Shown here: in pieces, positions 36,922-50,919 of the stretch
How positions within the stretch are numbered: position 1 is the first letter of the stretch
Layout of the letters: each line of letters begins with the position of its first letter
Source of the DNA: Vicugna vicugna
Lineage: Eukaryota
Assembly: GCA_013265495.1 (NCBI GenBank)
Contig: MU058384.1
Coordinates: 1,613,690 to 1,677,689, forward strand
Length of the DNA stretch: 64,000 nt
Direction: 5' to 3'
Notes under the pieces: model-generated
The model's database searches: none
Told to the model about the DNA's origin: nothing
What the model saw: the letters and a program-made list of their open reading frames with translations, nothing else
Position numbers and translations under genes: made by a program

Positions 36922-37135
36922 GAGGTGATAGGTTATAATGGAAAAGAGCATGGATTTGGAGACATAAAAACCTTCCTAGCATTGCTGCTTGTTATGTTTT
37001 TTACCTTGGTTCATCACCTAACCCCTCTAATGGGGTGAAACAGGGATAAAGACACCCAACCTGCAGGGCTGTGGGGAGAATATATATGGAGCCTGGTATA
37101 CTGCAGGCTTTCAAAAAATGCAATTGTCTTCTCCC
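36922..37135 (+). mobile_element. MIR SINE
   Basis: ataatggaaaagagcatggatttggag...cacctaacccctct...cctggtatactgcaggctttcaaaaaatg. Confidence 0.6.
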
Positions 37136-40100
37136 ATTTCTTCTCTATTTAAATGGAGCACATAAAATGACAATGTTCTGCACTATTAAAGTTGTTAATC
37201 CCAACCCAGAAAAAGAAGAATTTTTTTATTAATTCCTATTTTCATTCTAAATATTCTAGTTAAACTGTAGTCCAGCTATCCCAAGAAGTTATGTCCCCAA
37301 GACCAGAGAATAAATTTGGAGCCCCTATTGCTCAACACAGACTTTTGGTCTGATCTGCATGCATGAAGGAAAACTGCAGCTCACTTTCACATGAAATTAG
37401 AATGTGGGTTTGTTATGATAAATATTTACTTAGGGTCCCCAAATCAATTATTCCAATTTATTTCAAGAATCGCCAACAAATTAATTTAAAACATTCTTTC
37501 AACTACTTATTTATAGAAACATTAGAAGAAAAAAAAAGAAAGAAAAGGAAGAAAGCATCCCATCAACTTATTGTCTGAACCTCCAAATAATACTAAAGTT
37601 TCATTGATACACTAGAATAGTGTTCCAGACAGTACACCCACAAAGTCCCTCCTAAAAATAACGGTCTAGTTTATCTGTGCAGCTCAAAGAATGAAAATGT
37701 GCGGCTAGAATATAAACTTAAAAGATTTTTCAAAACACAAATCTGTAGCCTGGACTCAACAAAATAAAAAGACTTAACAGAAGGCTTCAAATTCCTGAGG
37801 TGGGAGTTTTCCATAGATCACAGAAAACTGATCGTGCATAGAAGGGCTGACACAGCAAAAGAGCCTGAGGAAAAGAAGAAAAACACAAGGGAGGGATGAA
37901 AGAGAAAAGAAAGGGAGAAAAAAGTGTTACTTTCTCCTTTTCAGCATACATAATTCCTAAGAAAGCATTTCCAAAATTCTCAACCCTAGGTGAATATTCA
38001 ATCAGATAATTTTCAGATCCCATGGGTAACGGAGTTGGGCAAAATGGTGTTTGTTTGGGGCCCCCAATGAGAAATAACAAATTCTCTGTGATTAATGGCA
38101 TTTATGTGCTCTTGGCCATTAAACACATTTTCTGCTCTTGAGTCACAACGGAAGCTACAGCTTGAATTTTATTGTTCAATTTGCTTTTTTCTTTCCTGGG
38201 TGAGCCAGCACTGGATTTAGGAGTTGAAAGTTTATAGAGTCAGCAGGACCCCAAGGGACTGAAAGCTAAGCTGAGCCAACGAGGATAATGCCAAAGATTA
38301 TCTACCCTCGGTGAAAATGCGGGATTCAGAAAAGAAAAAGAACAAAGAGGGATTATAAAGACTGACAGTCTGTAACTTAGACAAAATTTCTTGGCTAGGT
38401 TGGCAATTTTTCTTTTTTAAAAAACAAACAAACAAAAATTTTCCTGGTTGACAGTTGCTTAAATTCTTCCTTTTCCCATTTTTGGCACACCGTCAAAAAG
38501 ACAAACTGGTGTCTTCCCAGGGGACTGGAAAATGAGTGAGTCTTCAGCAAGGAAGCAGCAGTGTTAGCTGTGAAGAGCAGAGGGGTGAGAGGTAAGGAGC
38601 TTCAGGGGGTAGAAAAGAGACGATTTTTGCTCAGTAACTGATTAGTTTTGTGGGCGTTGATGTTTTTCCCCGTGTCCTTTAACAAAATCCTCTAACTTGG
38701 GCCTTGGGCTTTACCTAAACAGGATAATGTTTCTGTGATGTTTTTCAAGCACATTTTAGTTACACTTAGGAAAAAAAAAAACATACTTGTCATTTTTCCC
38801 AGTCCTGGCAGTGAGCAAAAATAGAGCAAAATATAAGACTGTCACAGGAACAGCCGACCGTACTGAAATCTAAATATGGTATTTGCCAATTCTGTGCATG
38901 GTTTTCTTTAGCCTTAGTTTTCCCATCTGTAAAATGGAGAGGACTTCTAGGTTCATAAAAACAAGTACAAGGTATCAGACTGACAGATTGGAAGCTAAGA
39001 TTTTTTAGAAATCTTTCAAACAAACAAACAAACAAAATCTGAAAGGGAGCAACTATTATTATTGGATTATGGTGCCACCTCTCCCGCCTCATGGGACTGC
39101 CACAATCCAGAATTTTCTGCTAGGTCCACAAGTGAAGGTGTATCTTCTCCCTTTGAGTACTTCTACTGAAAACTTGGGTAGATTTTGCTCTATTTTTCTC
39201 TATGTCCCAATTTCCTGTAAACGATAAAACTGTAAAACAAAAAGTAATAAGATCCAAATCTTCCTGCTGGGGACTTGATGAAGATGAATTAGACACTGAC
39301 AGTCAGGAAAAGATGGAAGGCTCTCCATGACAGAGGCCAAACTAATTCAAAATGAAAATCATCAATTTGAGTGTGTGCGCATGTTACTTAAAAATCAATG
39401 AAGAAACCCAGTGAGGGAACCCTGAAGCCATTTTAGCACCCCCGCCTCTGCACTCAGCGCTAACTTAGCAGCCTTGAAATATCTTGGCTCTGGAAACCCA
39501 GTCAATCATCATTAATAATGATATTTTCATAGCACTTTAAAAATTGGAATTTCCAGAACCATTTTGATAGATGCCCTGTCACTACCTTGCCATGTGCATA
39601 ACTTTTTTCTGTTTTTTTTTCACTGTATTTTAAAAAATACTTTTTAACAGGGGAAAAAAAAGAGGAGAAAAACTTCTTTTGATTGAAAAAATTCATAAGA
39701 GATGACACAGTTTTCCTTTGCTATGAACCCCTTGCTAATGAGGAAAGGAATTTAGAATTATACAGGACCTTCAACCTTAGTAATTCTAGATCTCGAGTTT
39801 ACTTAAGGAGTTAAAACAAATGCCTGCCTGCTGCCTTCAGATCTTGAATAAAAGTTGGCACAAAGTTTGCACAAAGATGAAAAAGATTAGAAGTAAGGTC
39901 CAGGTTCTGGTTTTCCCTGGTATTCAGACTTCTCAAGCAATTTACCTGTTTGTTTATCTCACCATGAACCTTAGAAATTACTTAGTACCTCTAAGTGTGA
40001 CTTTCCCAGAAAATTCAGAAACATTCCTTCAAAATATTATAATTCATTAAGTTATACATAAATTGAATTCTCATCTTATTCTGACTCGATTTGTCTGCCT

Positions 40101-41749
40101 GTCTCTTTCTCTAACACACACATACACACACACCCCACTGAGTATTTCTCACTTTTATAAAATGCAGATGAAATTTCGTATTTCTGTTGTAACTTCCACA
40201 AAACCATCCAAGCTTATGAGAGACCTTGGCAGACTCCAACTTTGAAAGGGAACTCTAACAACTCATGTTTAACCTCTGAGCCAAGAAAATCCTGAATTTT
40301 TCAAAATTTTGTATTTGTCTGGTGACTTATTTTTTCCCCTCTTGTAGACTCTTTAATTCTTCCCCTCCAAAAGACTGCACAGGAATTTTTATCACCATTG
40401 GGGGCCTAATACTGGTGGTGAAAAAGCAAGTTCCTGTCCTGGTGCTGAACTAAAAAAAAAAAAATTAAATGTCTTGGATGTATCAAGTTTCTTTGTCAAG
40501 CAAACAAAAATGAAGGGATCTAGTTTACTGGAATAGTTGCAGCCCTCATTAAAATTGATGACTTCGAAGATTCTGTGCCTCTCTTCCTTTAACCAGGGCC
40601 ATCAGCCAAGACTCTGCTGTGCTGCTAAAAACATCCTGTTATCGGAGTGTCATAAAACAGACCACGGCTGGTGTCTTTGCCTGTCCTTTGGGTTTAGATG
40701 TCTGTGGGACAGTGAAGCAGGTTTGAGGTGACTAGGGGAGGCTGGGCCTATCCATTTGGCCAAGGGTCAATCAGACCTAAGATGCAACCTGGTATTTTCT
40801 CTCTGTGAACATCAAATTCAAAAAAGAAAGAAAAGGAACTAGATTAGCATGAGGCGGAGTTCAGTTTTTCTTAGAAATGTGCGACTCTGCAAAAGTGTGC
40901 CTTTATTTTTGGCACAAATTGCTAGAGCAAATTACATAGCTTATCAGATGTGGTTTTGGGGGCTCAGTGGAGAAGCCACTGCAGGGACTTGTTCTCTTTG
41001 TTGTTTGTTCCCAGTTGGGAATTTGGGAGATGTCGGGGTCCTCTTCTAGTTCAGGAACAGGCTTGAATAATAAGTGCTAACAAGATTTGTGATCCAATTA
41101 AATTTACATTTCTCCAACTTAACCAAGTAGACCTTGATCTTAAAAGAGATTTCCATTGGCCCTAAGAGATATAAGATACAAAGTGTGAACCTAAACATCA
41201 CAGATTGGCAGACAGGCCCATGTCAGCCTGGGGTAGTGAAGAAGACAGGGCAAGACAGGATGTCAACACCAGTGAATAAGGGGTTTCAGAGACAACATTC
41301 TCAGCAAGTCTCACAAATCGTCTCCCCAATTTTTTGACCATCTATGTGGACTTACCCTCATATGGCAGGAAAACCTGAACAGAATGTCAGTTTTGATGTA
41401 CAGATTATTTTTATCAATTTTGTTGATTAAAAATGGTGAGTAAATTAAAAACATAACATTGCAGACAGAAATTTTCCACTAGCTGAAAGAACCATAGAGT
41501 ATTCATGTGTTCATCAACTTATTCATCCACCTTTACCAAGGTCAAGCACTTCAGGGAATACAAAAGAACTTAAAAATTAGGCTTGTGGAAGCAAATTTAT
41601 CAAGAATACAGAACAAAGCAGTAAGTCAACAAGTGCCTCCCATCTAGCGGTGCAGTGTTGGAGGTAGAGGGGAAAGTCAGTGTGGAGGAGAGGGGCTTAG
41701 CAAGGAAGAACTTCTGAGTCAGATAAATCTTAATTGGAAACATCAATGA

Positions 41750-41925
41750 TATGTAGATTTTCAAGTGTTCTTTCACCTTGGACCCCTTTCTTCAAATGAA
41801 ATCTTACACAAGAAATCAAGTAGAGAGAGCAATAAGAAAGAGCCTCCCTCTCACTCCAACCATTTCCTATATTTCTCCCCTGTTATTCTTCTCTCTTTGA
41901 GGATTCACAGTTTGAAAAATCACTG
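41750..41925. mobile_element. hAT-Charlie MITE (MER112/113-like) nested in L2
   Basis: ccctttcttcaaatgaaatcttac internal motif and acagtttgaaaaatcactg terminus; subfamily name uncertain. Confidence 0.5.
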
Positions 41926-42399
41926 AAATCTAAAAGGTACATGGTACAGAAGAGGAGGAAGGGAGCTTTCTTGGTGCAGAGAACAATGCAATGAATGAAG
42001 CTGAATGAGGAAGTGTTGATAGAAATGCTCTGATTCAGCATGATGAAAGCATTTCAGAAAAAGTAATCCACCTGAAGTGAATTCAGTGGACTCTAGGGGA
42101 CCATTGAAGATTCTCAAGTTGAGGAGTTATGGGATAAAAGTGAAAATTTAAGAATGTTAACATGGCAGATAGTCTACAGTAGAGAAAATCAAGTGAGGAT
42201 CCAATTGGAGTAACCCAAATGTCAGAAATAGCCCCGAACAGAGTTACAACTGTAAAAATGGGGGTGCCAAGAGGACTTAGTGGTTGAGTGGATATGGAAG
42301 GTAAAGAAAATGCAGCCTAGAAAGCAGTTTTTAACTGTTCAGACTAACTGAAGTCTTTATATTAGACACTTGTAGGAATCTGTAATTTTTCACAGCCGT

Positions 42400-42560
42400 T
42401 ATTTCTATTAGTCATTATACATCTTGTGATTATTCGACTAATACATTTCCACCCCTCTATTATAATGCTCCATGAAATTGAGGACTCTGCCTCTTGGGTC
42501 ACTGAACTGAGCACAATAAGTATATAACAGGCACTCAAATATTTGTGAAATTAAGAAAAC
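42400..42560 (+). mobile_element. L2 3' tail nested in the opposite orientation
   Basis: ataatgctccatgaaattgaggactctgcctcttgggtcactg...caggcactcaaatatttgtgaa. Confidence 0.55.
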
Positions 42561-43990
42561 TCAATAAATCATGAGATCATTGATTTTATTAAGGGAGCTA
42601 AGGAGAAGTAAAGTTTGATTTTTATTATGTTTTTGTTAGGTGAAGAACACAGATCTAAATGCAGATTTCTTACTCCTGCTTAAGACATTGGTCTGAAGAG
42701 TAGTTGAAATGTCAGTGACGGGCATAAAAACTAGGCCATCGACAGCAATCAAAGCAGTGAGAATTAATTAGTTCACCCAGACAGAGTGAGTTTAAAGACA
42801 GAAGAAAAGAGAGAGCTGAAGATTCTCAAGCAAAAGTCAAATGGAGAACCAGAACAGTCAAAATTAAAGAATATTCCTCTGAGGGTAAATTTGGAATGGT
42901 TTGCCATACACCCACACTTGGAGACATTTATAAACTGTAACAGGAAGAAATCCTCTTTCAGGAAAGTTTAAAACATTAGGAATTTTGGAATTGTGAATAA
43001 AATGTACAATTAATCAAGAAGAGGCCAACCCATTTTTAAGTCCCTATCAGAATTCTTTGTTGTATTTGTAAAACATGATGGACCACTTCACCCCAAAAGC
43101 TAATAGAAACACTGACCCAGACACAAAGCTCTTCCTTTCCTTCTTCTCTCCTCTCTCCTCTTCTTTTTTCCCCCCATCTCCTACTTCCCTTTGGTAACAA
43201 CACAAAGAGCATCCCTTTCCTAGAATTATAGAAGTCACGTGAAATTCCAAAATCTCATTTGCTGATTTGGTATCATTCCACCTAAATCCTCTTGTTTACT
43301 CCTGCTGCTATTGTTGTGAGCTCTTGTTTGTTCTCAGAGTTTCAGTTTTGTTCTGCTCTGTTCTTTGGTTGGTAGAAGGAGAGGAGAGAGAAAAATGCTT
43401 AAATGACACAAACTGATTCCTCTGTAGTCAAAGAAGGTGCCCGTTTCCTCTTCCCTTTCTTACTTACACCAAGAGACAAACATCTTTTTTTTTTCCCTCA
43501 GAAATAATGATAGTCCCAAGGACATTATAATGACAAAGTTGCAACGTGGATTTTCTTCTGTGTAATACTTTTTTTCTATTTAGCCCTATGAGAAATTATA
43601 CACCTTTTCATTAGAAAGTAAATAAGTATGGATTGTGAATGCTCACATGCTAGATGCTATACTTTATATATAAAATTTGAATGTTGAAATTCTTAAAGAA
43701 TTTTAAAATTAAACCTAATGTTAATGGCAAGGCATCTGAGAGAAGAAAACTATGGGAATAAGAAGATTCTGTAACCACCAGCAATATTTCTTGAGTAAAA
43801 GCTACACAGGTACTTTCTGGTCTCAGGCCTCAAATAACTTGTTTTGTTCCAAAGGAAACATCAAATTACGAAAACTTAAGGCTGGCCCAGGGACAATACA
43901 GAGCCACAGTGATTCTCTGGGAAATCAGAAGTTAGGCTTCAGACTGTGGATCTGCTTGAAACTACCTCCTATCCAGGAAGTCTTTCTGGA

Positions 43991-44112
43991 GTTTGTTCGT
44001 TTATTCATGCACACAAATCTTTAAGTGGGCATCTATGATGTGCCCAGCACTGTACAAAGCCAAAGGAATAAAAGAAACAGTCCCTGCCCCAGAGAGCTCA
44101 AGCTGGTGGGAA
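43991..44112 (-). mobile_element. L2 3' end fragment
   Basis: ttcgtttattca...catctatgatgtgcccagcactgtac...acagtccctgccccagagagctca. Confidence 0.6.
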
Positions 44113-45659
44113 CTCCTACATTATCAACCCTGGACATCTTTTCCTCTTCACTTTCCTGAAGATTTGACAGGTATCTCACTGCAAGCAGATTGCTCTTTTT
44201 GTTTCCATAAACAAAATGTTTATGAACCTGTAAAAACCTTACATTGCTATGATTCAATCTCAGTTTCCAAGATTGGCACCTTTTTTTTTTTTTGTATCCA
44301 CATTTATATTTTTTCTCCTTCTAATTCTAAATTGCAGATGCAGCCAACTCACCTCTCAGGGTTTTGTTTGCCTTAACACTTAGTGAGAAGCAAAGCACAC
44401 CCAGGAGTCCTAACCCAGAATCTTATAGAAGTTCTGAGAAGTAGAAAGAATTGTCCACAACTGAGGGGAGAAATTGTTAAACTTACACCAAGAGTCGGGC
44501 TGAGGAGGAATAAGTGGAGACACGTGATCCATAAATACAAAAGAAAATAAGCAAGAGGATTAAAACAAAACAAAACAAAAAAATCATTGAACACATCATC
44601 ACTGCTTTGATGGAGCAAGATCAAAATATGATGGGTAACCTGTTAGGCAAACAGGAAATATTGGGGTATGCTGACTGCTCCTTCTGGGGCTGTGGGCCTC
44701 TGATGCACCAGGCAAAGCAAAGTCAAATCATGATTTCAGGTTTCTAAACACTGCTCTGCACACACACGAACTTCACAAAAATTCCACTTTTGTCAACAAC
44801 AGGGACTACCACCCAGTTTTCTATTTTTATTATGCTGGGTTTTTTTTTTTTTTAAGAAAAGGTGTTCTATCCTAAAATATGCTGCCATCCTATTCTATAA
44901 GGACCCATTCTCTGTATATATGTATTTTGGCTTATGTGCACAATAAGAATGATCTTCTGGCCAAGTATCTTGCATGCTCACTACCTTCTTCACGACCTTT
45001 CTTGATTCCTAACGCAGCACGTGCACCCAGTAAATGTTGTTGATCAACAGTAATTCTTTACAAAGAGAAAAGTCAGGCCACACTGTATTTCATGTGTTAA
45101 TCAGGTGTCCTCAGGCATTACTCACTGCAGTTGCTCTCTTAAGAAGCAAGAATTCATGCACTACAACCACCAAGACTCCATTGGCGTTGGAGCCAATGGC
45201 AACATCCATGAAGAAAAGTGCTTGACCCAACCTTGCCATCCAGTCAGTTCCCACTGGCTGACCATTCTAGCCAGCCTGGGTTCCTTCCCACTTCCCCAGC
45301 ATGCCATTGCTCTTGTTGCTTCTACACCTGGAAACTCTTCCCCATTTCCAGATGTATCTCCATGATCCTGCCTATGAAACACAACTTCCATAAATTTTTC
45401 AGGTCTCAAGGAATACACTTCCTTCTCAGAATCTACAACCAATGATGGTCTATATTTAGTACCTGAATTTATTTACTTTTCATCTATACTCTTGTTTCCT
45501 GTGCCCTTGTCTTTTTTATTTCTTGTCTAGATTCTAAGCACCTTGCAGCATGGCACTGTGACTTATAAGTCATCAGTCAAATGTATGTCTTCTCAGTAAA
45601 TCAGAAACTGGGTAATATTAAAGTATGCACACACACATACACATAGCATGATCACTGTA

Positions 45660-45846
45660 TGCTTGTCCCCTTTCATACACACAGCAACCCTATGAGACAG
45701 GTACAATTGCCATTTCCACTTCACTGATGGAGAATATTTAGCTCAGAGAAGTTACTTATTTTGCCCAGCATCATTACTGTTAGTGACAGTAATGGACTAC
45801 ACATTTCATTGTCTTCTGATTCAGGACAGTGTCTCCTGTCCCACAG
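45660..45846 (-). mobile_element. MIR SINE
   Basis: cacagcaaccctatgagacaggtac...gctcagagaagttacttattttgccca. Confidence 0.65.
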
Positions 45847-46264
45847 AGGCAATCACAACAATGTAATAGCTAGTCTCTTTAAAAAAAATCTTGATGAAGT
45901 ATAGCCTGTCTTTCCCACCTATCTTTCCTCTATTCTTCAGAACTTTTTTCCTTTCTCCCTTGAATATTGAATGTCCCCAGCATGCGGACATTACTAGCAT
46001 GCCAAGTACCTGTCAGGAAATGCTGCCATGAAAAATAATAGTAACAGAATCCACTTCGCAGTGTTTGCTCATGTAAAAACAACATCATTCTCCATATTTT
46101 CCAGCAAATGTGTCATATAGGTCATTCCACTCGTTGGCATGTGGACTTGTTCTTCCTGCCTTCTGAGTCAGTCAGAATTGGAACACTTGAGTGGATGTGT
46201 GTCACCCTCCTTGGAAGGAAAAATAACAGCATAAACAATACAGTTTGTAAATACTGAGAATCAT

Positions 46265-46455
46265 AAGGTTCATAGACTGTTTACATGGATTTTATCACTC
46301 GATTCTGACAACATCTCTGAGATGTAGATAACACTCACCATCTGAATGGCCTCAATTTATAGGTAAAGAAATGGAGGCTGAGAGAAGTTAAATGATTCAC
46401 TGGAAGTTAATAAGTTAGTAAGTGGCGGCGCATTCACCAGAATCCCCATTTCTGT
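46265..46455 (-). mobile_element. MIR SINE
   Basis: aatttataggtaaagaaatggaggctgagagaagttaaatgattc...ttagtaagtggcgg. Confidence 0.6.
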
Positions 46456-47319
46456 TTAATTTTTTTTCAAATCCTGATCTTTTTCCCACATGCCAGAAGA
46501 GGAGGAGGCGAATGGAATGAAAGTAGTTGTGTGGTCCGGCCCGAACAAGGGTAAGCACACTGAAGAAGCTCAGAGCCCTCAGCAGTGTGAGAGGAAGCCC
46601 CTTCCCTAAGAGAAGGAAGACTCCACACCCTCGGGGAGAGAGAGGGAGGGAGGAGCCAGGGAGCAGGCACCTGCAGCTGGCGACTTGGCAGGAGAGACTG
46701 TTCTCCAATGTTCTCCTTCAGAAAGCAAATGTATTTGAAATGCTGAGGACTCCACATATATTCTGTTAATAATTTACCAACTGAAACCATTAAAGATGTT
46801 GACAAAAGCTTTTCCATTGACTATGGGTGTCTATGGGTGATTTGAAACCACTCATTACCTTTATAAGCTCCTGGGTTATTTCTGAGTGTCCCAGCTAATC
46901 AGCAGCAGCAAAGGCAGCTTGGACCAGCAGTGGAGGGGGTTTCAGTTTGAACATACAACTACTCTGATTCCACACTCAGGCAGTTTGCCACTAATTCACT
47001 GAGAGACTGTTGGCCCAGGCCTCTGTAAGTAAATTATATTTGCCAATAGATGAAATGTACAGTGTCACTAGACATCTCTCTATGAAGAGCTCAATATTAA
47101 AAAGTAAAGGTGTATTCTCAGAGGAAGCCCATCAAGATGTCACCAGAGTTGAATATTCAATGAAAGCAAAAAAGCAAAACATTCTTATAATCAAATAATT
47201 TTATTCTCTGAGAAACTTCTAAGCATACAGGGACAAAAGTTCCTGAAGAGAAGGGAACAAACTGCTCTTCCTGTGCAGGATGAATGAATTATTTTAAGCT
47301 ACTAGTTGTAAATAAAAAA

Positions 47320-48025
47320 CAAGCAGTATAGCACTCACTATTTTAAAGCTCTAAATTCTTGTTCCATTTCTGCCATCTCCAACCCCCTTGTGCAGGCGTA
47401 TCGGTTAGGATGCATTTGGCTGCAAGTAACAGAAAACCAGCTAACAGTGATTCAAACAATCAGAGAATTTATTATTTGTCACAGCACAAAGCCCAGAGTA
47501 ATGGAAGTCCCCATGTGCTTAAGTTGAAAGATTCGTGACTTGTGACCATCTCCCTGCTCTTCCAGGCACCCTGAACAGGCTGTCCCAGTGAAATAGCCCC
47601 TCCTTGGCCCTCAGGTGGCTGCTGCAGTGTCCACAGAACATGGAGGAGATGAGGTTCAGAGGGAACAAGGGAGCATCTGCCAGTTGTGTCCCTTTTTCAA
47701 AGTGAAAGGAACTTTCCAAGAAGCTTGTTCAGACCATGTCACATGCAAGGCTCCTGGACGGAATCTTCATAATTGACTTACCCCAATCCAGACACTCCCT
47801 GCGGCTGAACAGGGGGCCAGCCTGCCTTTGAGCATGTGGTACAAAGAGGAGGGTAAACAAAATTAGAGTAAAAGAGAAAAGGTCAATTTTGCAGGCAACA
47901 GGGATTATCTGCCACATCAAGGAGCCTCCTGTCTTCTCTAGGGCTCAGTTTCTTCACGTCACTAGGTAAAGACTGGACTAGAGGTCACCACTAAGATTCC
48001 TCCAACTGCTAAAATTCCACAGTTC
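47320..48025 (+). mobile_element. MIR3 split by an MLT1K-like LTR
   Basis: After the LTR: ctctagggctcagtttcttca...tggactagaggtcaccactaagattcctccaactgctaaaattc. Confidence 0.5.
47397..47916 (-). mobile_element. Old MaLR solo LTR (MLT1K/L-like)
   Basis: gtatcggttaggatgcatttggctgcaagtaacagaaaacc start; gtggctgctgcag; ends gcaggcaacagggattatctgccaca. Confidence 0.75.
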
Positions 48026-49684
48026 AAAGACAAAGGTGACTCTATCTGCCGCCGCCCCGCCTCCAACACCACTTAATGGAAGAATCAAGATGATTTAATG
48101 AAATAATAAGATTTTCCAGAAAAGAGAGGTTAGAAGGAATATAAAATATAACCATATATTGTATAAATACAATATACAAATATAATATAAACAAATGACA
48201 TATAAAGAAATATAATATAAACAACTGTCCATCCACTGATCTCTACATTTCTGTGAGACAAACGATGCTATATCCCAGAAGAGAGAAACCGAGGCAGAGA
48301 GAAGCACAATGAGCAGCCCACACGCACATGCTCTGACTTTGTCCAAACCATTAAGTCATGAGTGGGAGAGGGGGGAGAAGTCACTTCCAAACCGGGTGTG
48401 CCACCCCTGTAGGGCACAGCAATGATCCACCCAGGCCTGGGAAGAAAATGCTGGAATATCTATTTATATTTTTATCTCATCTTTTAATTTATATAGGTAA
48501 TGTTTTACAATGTGCACGATGCATTAGCAGAATAATACTGCATGCATATAATTTGTAGCTATGTAGACAGAGACGATGCAGGCTGATGCACAGTTAAAAA
48601 CTCTGGAAGTGACTGGTATAGATCTCACTAGCATTTTGATGGATTCATCTACCCCACAGAACTGGAGGGAAAAATATATGTAGTGGTGGATTTGTGGTGG
48701 CCTGAGACTGATAAAGCATGACAGCTCTGAATCTGGGTTTAAGATTACTGAATTTGTGGTAAACAGAGATTCCAAGTTAATTTTTATTTCTTGATCCTTT
48801 CAAAGGCTCTTACTTTGTTCACCAGGAGACTACTTCTATCACTGTTTTCCTCCTTTTCCTCCTCCAATGTGTCTCCCACTTTAAGAGGCATCAGGCTTGG
48901 TCTACCGGCTCAACAGAAGTATGGCTTTCCATGGAATCAGAAGAGCTTTGTGGACTCCCATAGCCTGTTTGCTGATTCAGTTAGCAATTGTGTGTCTACT
49001 AAGTGCTAGACAGGAGGCTACAAAGATTTACCAAGACTCTTGGAGTCCAGTGTCTAGAAGGAGTACTTCCTGGTCTGGAGAGACACCAACAAGAAAGGTG
49101 GGTAGGAGTGGGTGTCAGGAATCCGCTCTAGAAAGAAACGGTTCTTAACCCTTTACCAAGTCTTGAAGAAGAGAGGAGCAGGTCAAGTGCCACATTCCTT
49201 TCATCAAAAGAAACAAAAATGGTGAGGCCCTGGGCTCTCCACCTGAGGAAGGGGTATGGGTGGAGGCAGAGAAGGGGGACCTCTTTTCCCTTCTGAATCT
49301 TATCTCTGTCTCCCTCCAGCTTCAGTGACTCTGAAGGTGTGACCTGGGAGTGAGCCTTATCCTCCAGGGAATGTGACCTTCCCTGAACACGCAGGAGCTG
49401 CCTGTCCCAGGGCACCTAAAGGCATGGGAATGATGGCTCCCACAGCTGCCAAAGTTCTCAGGGCTCCAAGGCAAATGTGATATTTCCAGGGGGCCCTTTG
49501 CCAAAAAAAAATAAGAGAGTAATGGTTACAATGGATGATGAAGTGGGGGAGTGAGTAGAGAAGGTGCAGATTTTAATCTCTATGTACACACCACCATGTA
49601 GCAGATTTAAAAGGGTCCATTCAATGAATTTAATCCTAAAATATGCTATAAGAAAACTGTAACCTGAACCTCAAATTCATTCCA

Positions 49685-49888
49685 ATGAGTCAGCACTGTT
49701 AAACTACACACTGGAAGAAAGACTGGACCTTTTACTCAGAAAAGGTTGTTTTCCTTCAATACTCTTCCCTTCTTTTACATTTATCTCTTTCCAGGGTTTA
49801 GTTCAATAGTGGCTTAGAGTCAACCTTCCTGCCTTAATCCAGAAAGGTATGCATGGTGTAGAAAACATGTCTGTGTCATGACTCAGCA
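49685..49888 (+). promoter_or_regulatory. Pair of perfect NF-E2/NRF2/BACH-sMAF (MARE/ARE) motifs
   Basis: ATGAGTCAGCA at 49685-49695 and ATGACTCAGCA at 49878-49888, both RTGASTCAGCA. Confidence 0.45.
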
Positions 49889-50919
49889 GAAGGGCTCTTA
49901 AAGCCACTCTTTTTGCTACTTTCAGAAGAAACAAGACAGGATTGCTTAATCGCTCCTTCCTGAAACTTAGAGGGAAGGGATGCAGGGAATGAGGAGTCAG
50001 AAATGCAAGATTAGAGTTTTGTTAGAAGCAGAGAAAAAAAAATTTTGTAAGAAAAACAAGGATTTGACTATCAAAATAGGAAATCCATCAAAGCACTGGG
50101 GTGCTTAGTCTTTGGCAGTCAAACAGTTGCTGGGCGGGAGGGTGGCAGTAGACAGGGAGAGAAGTTAATCTACACCGGGAATTCTTTAATTAGATGATTA
50201 AAAACAAGGCAAAACAAAACAGAAAAGTGGGGAGGGGAAGCCTTTGCAGTCAACTTTTGAGTCTTGTTCAAGTTGCACAAGGAAACCGGAATTTGAACTT
50301 GACTGGCCAAACATCCCAAAGCCCTCTCTGAGGGAAGCAGGCAGGGGCCATTCTGGAGCCTTTTTCAGTGCTGGAGAACGAATTAACGCACTATCTACTC
50401 ACTCCAAAATCGACGTTAATTTAAAAAAAAAATGTGAAAATGTTAAAGCAAATGCTCAGGCATTTTTGCCTTGATTTACAAAGGTTTCACCCATAAGGTA
50501 GTACCTACATCATTTCCAATGGACTAGATCCAGCACCTCTGAACAGAGAGCCCCTATTCCTTATTACCCAGTTTTCCCCTTTTCGTTGTTGAATAGGAAG
50601 TATACCAACTGTGCTTCAAAGCCAGCCTAAAAAACACAAGGGTGAATCTGGGAAAAGAGTGCAAAAGAGTGACCTTGGCAATTTTATTTTATTTTATTTT
50701 ATTTGGTAACTGTGATGAATAAGGAAAAAAGTAGTTGTGTGCATTGGGTTATGCAGAGGGAGTGGCCATGTCTGCAGTCTTACTTATTTAATATAGACAT
50801 TTAGTCCCAATCACCCACCTCTCTCTCTACCTCAAAAAAATACATTTCAATTTGTAGCTAAAATTCTCTGTGATATATTTACCTGGTTGATTAAAAATAT
50901 TCAGGGTTTTTCTTGTTGT

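Larger units (their letters stand above)
41500..42870 (-). mobile_element. Old L2 element in pieces with nested insertions
   Basis: gggaatacaaaaga...; ggggaccattgaagattctcaag; ggacttagtggttgagtggatatgg; ttcacccagacagagtgagtttaaagacagaagaaaagag follow antisense L2 order. Confidence 0.55.
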
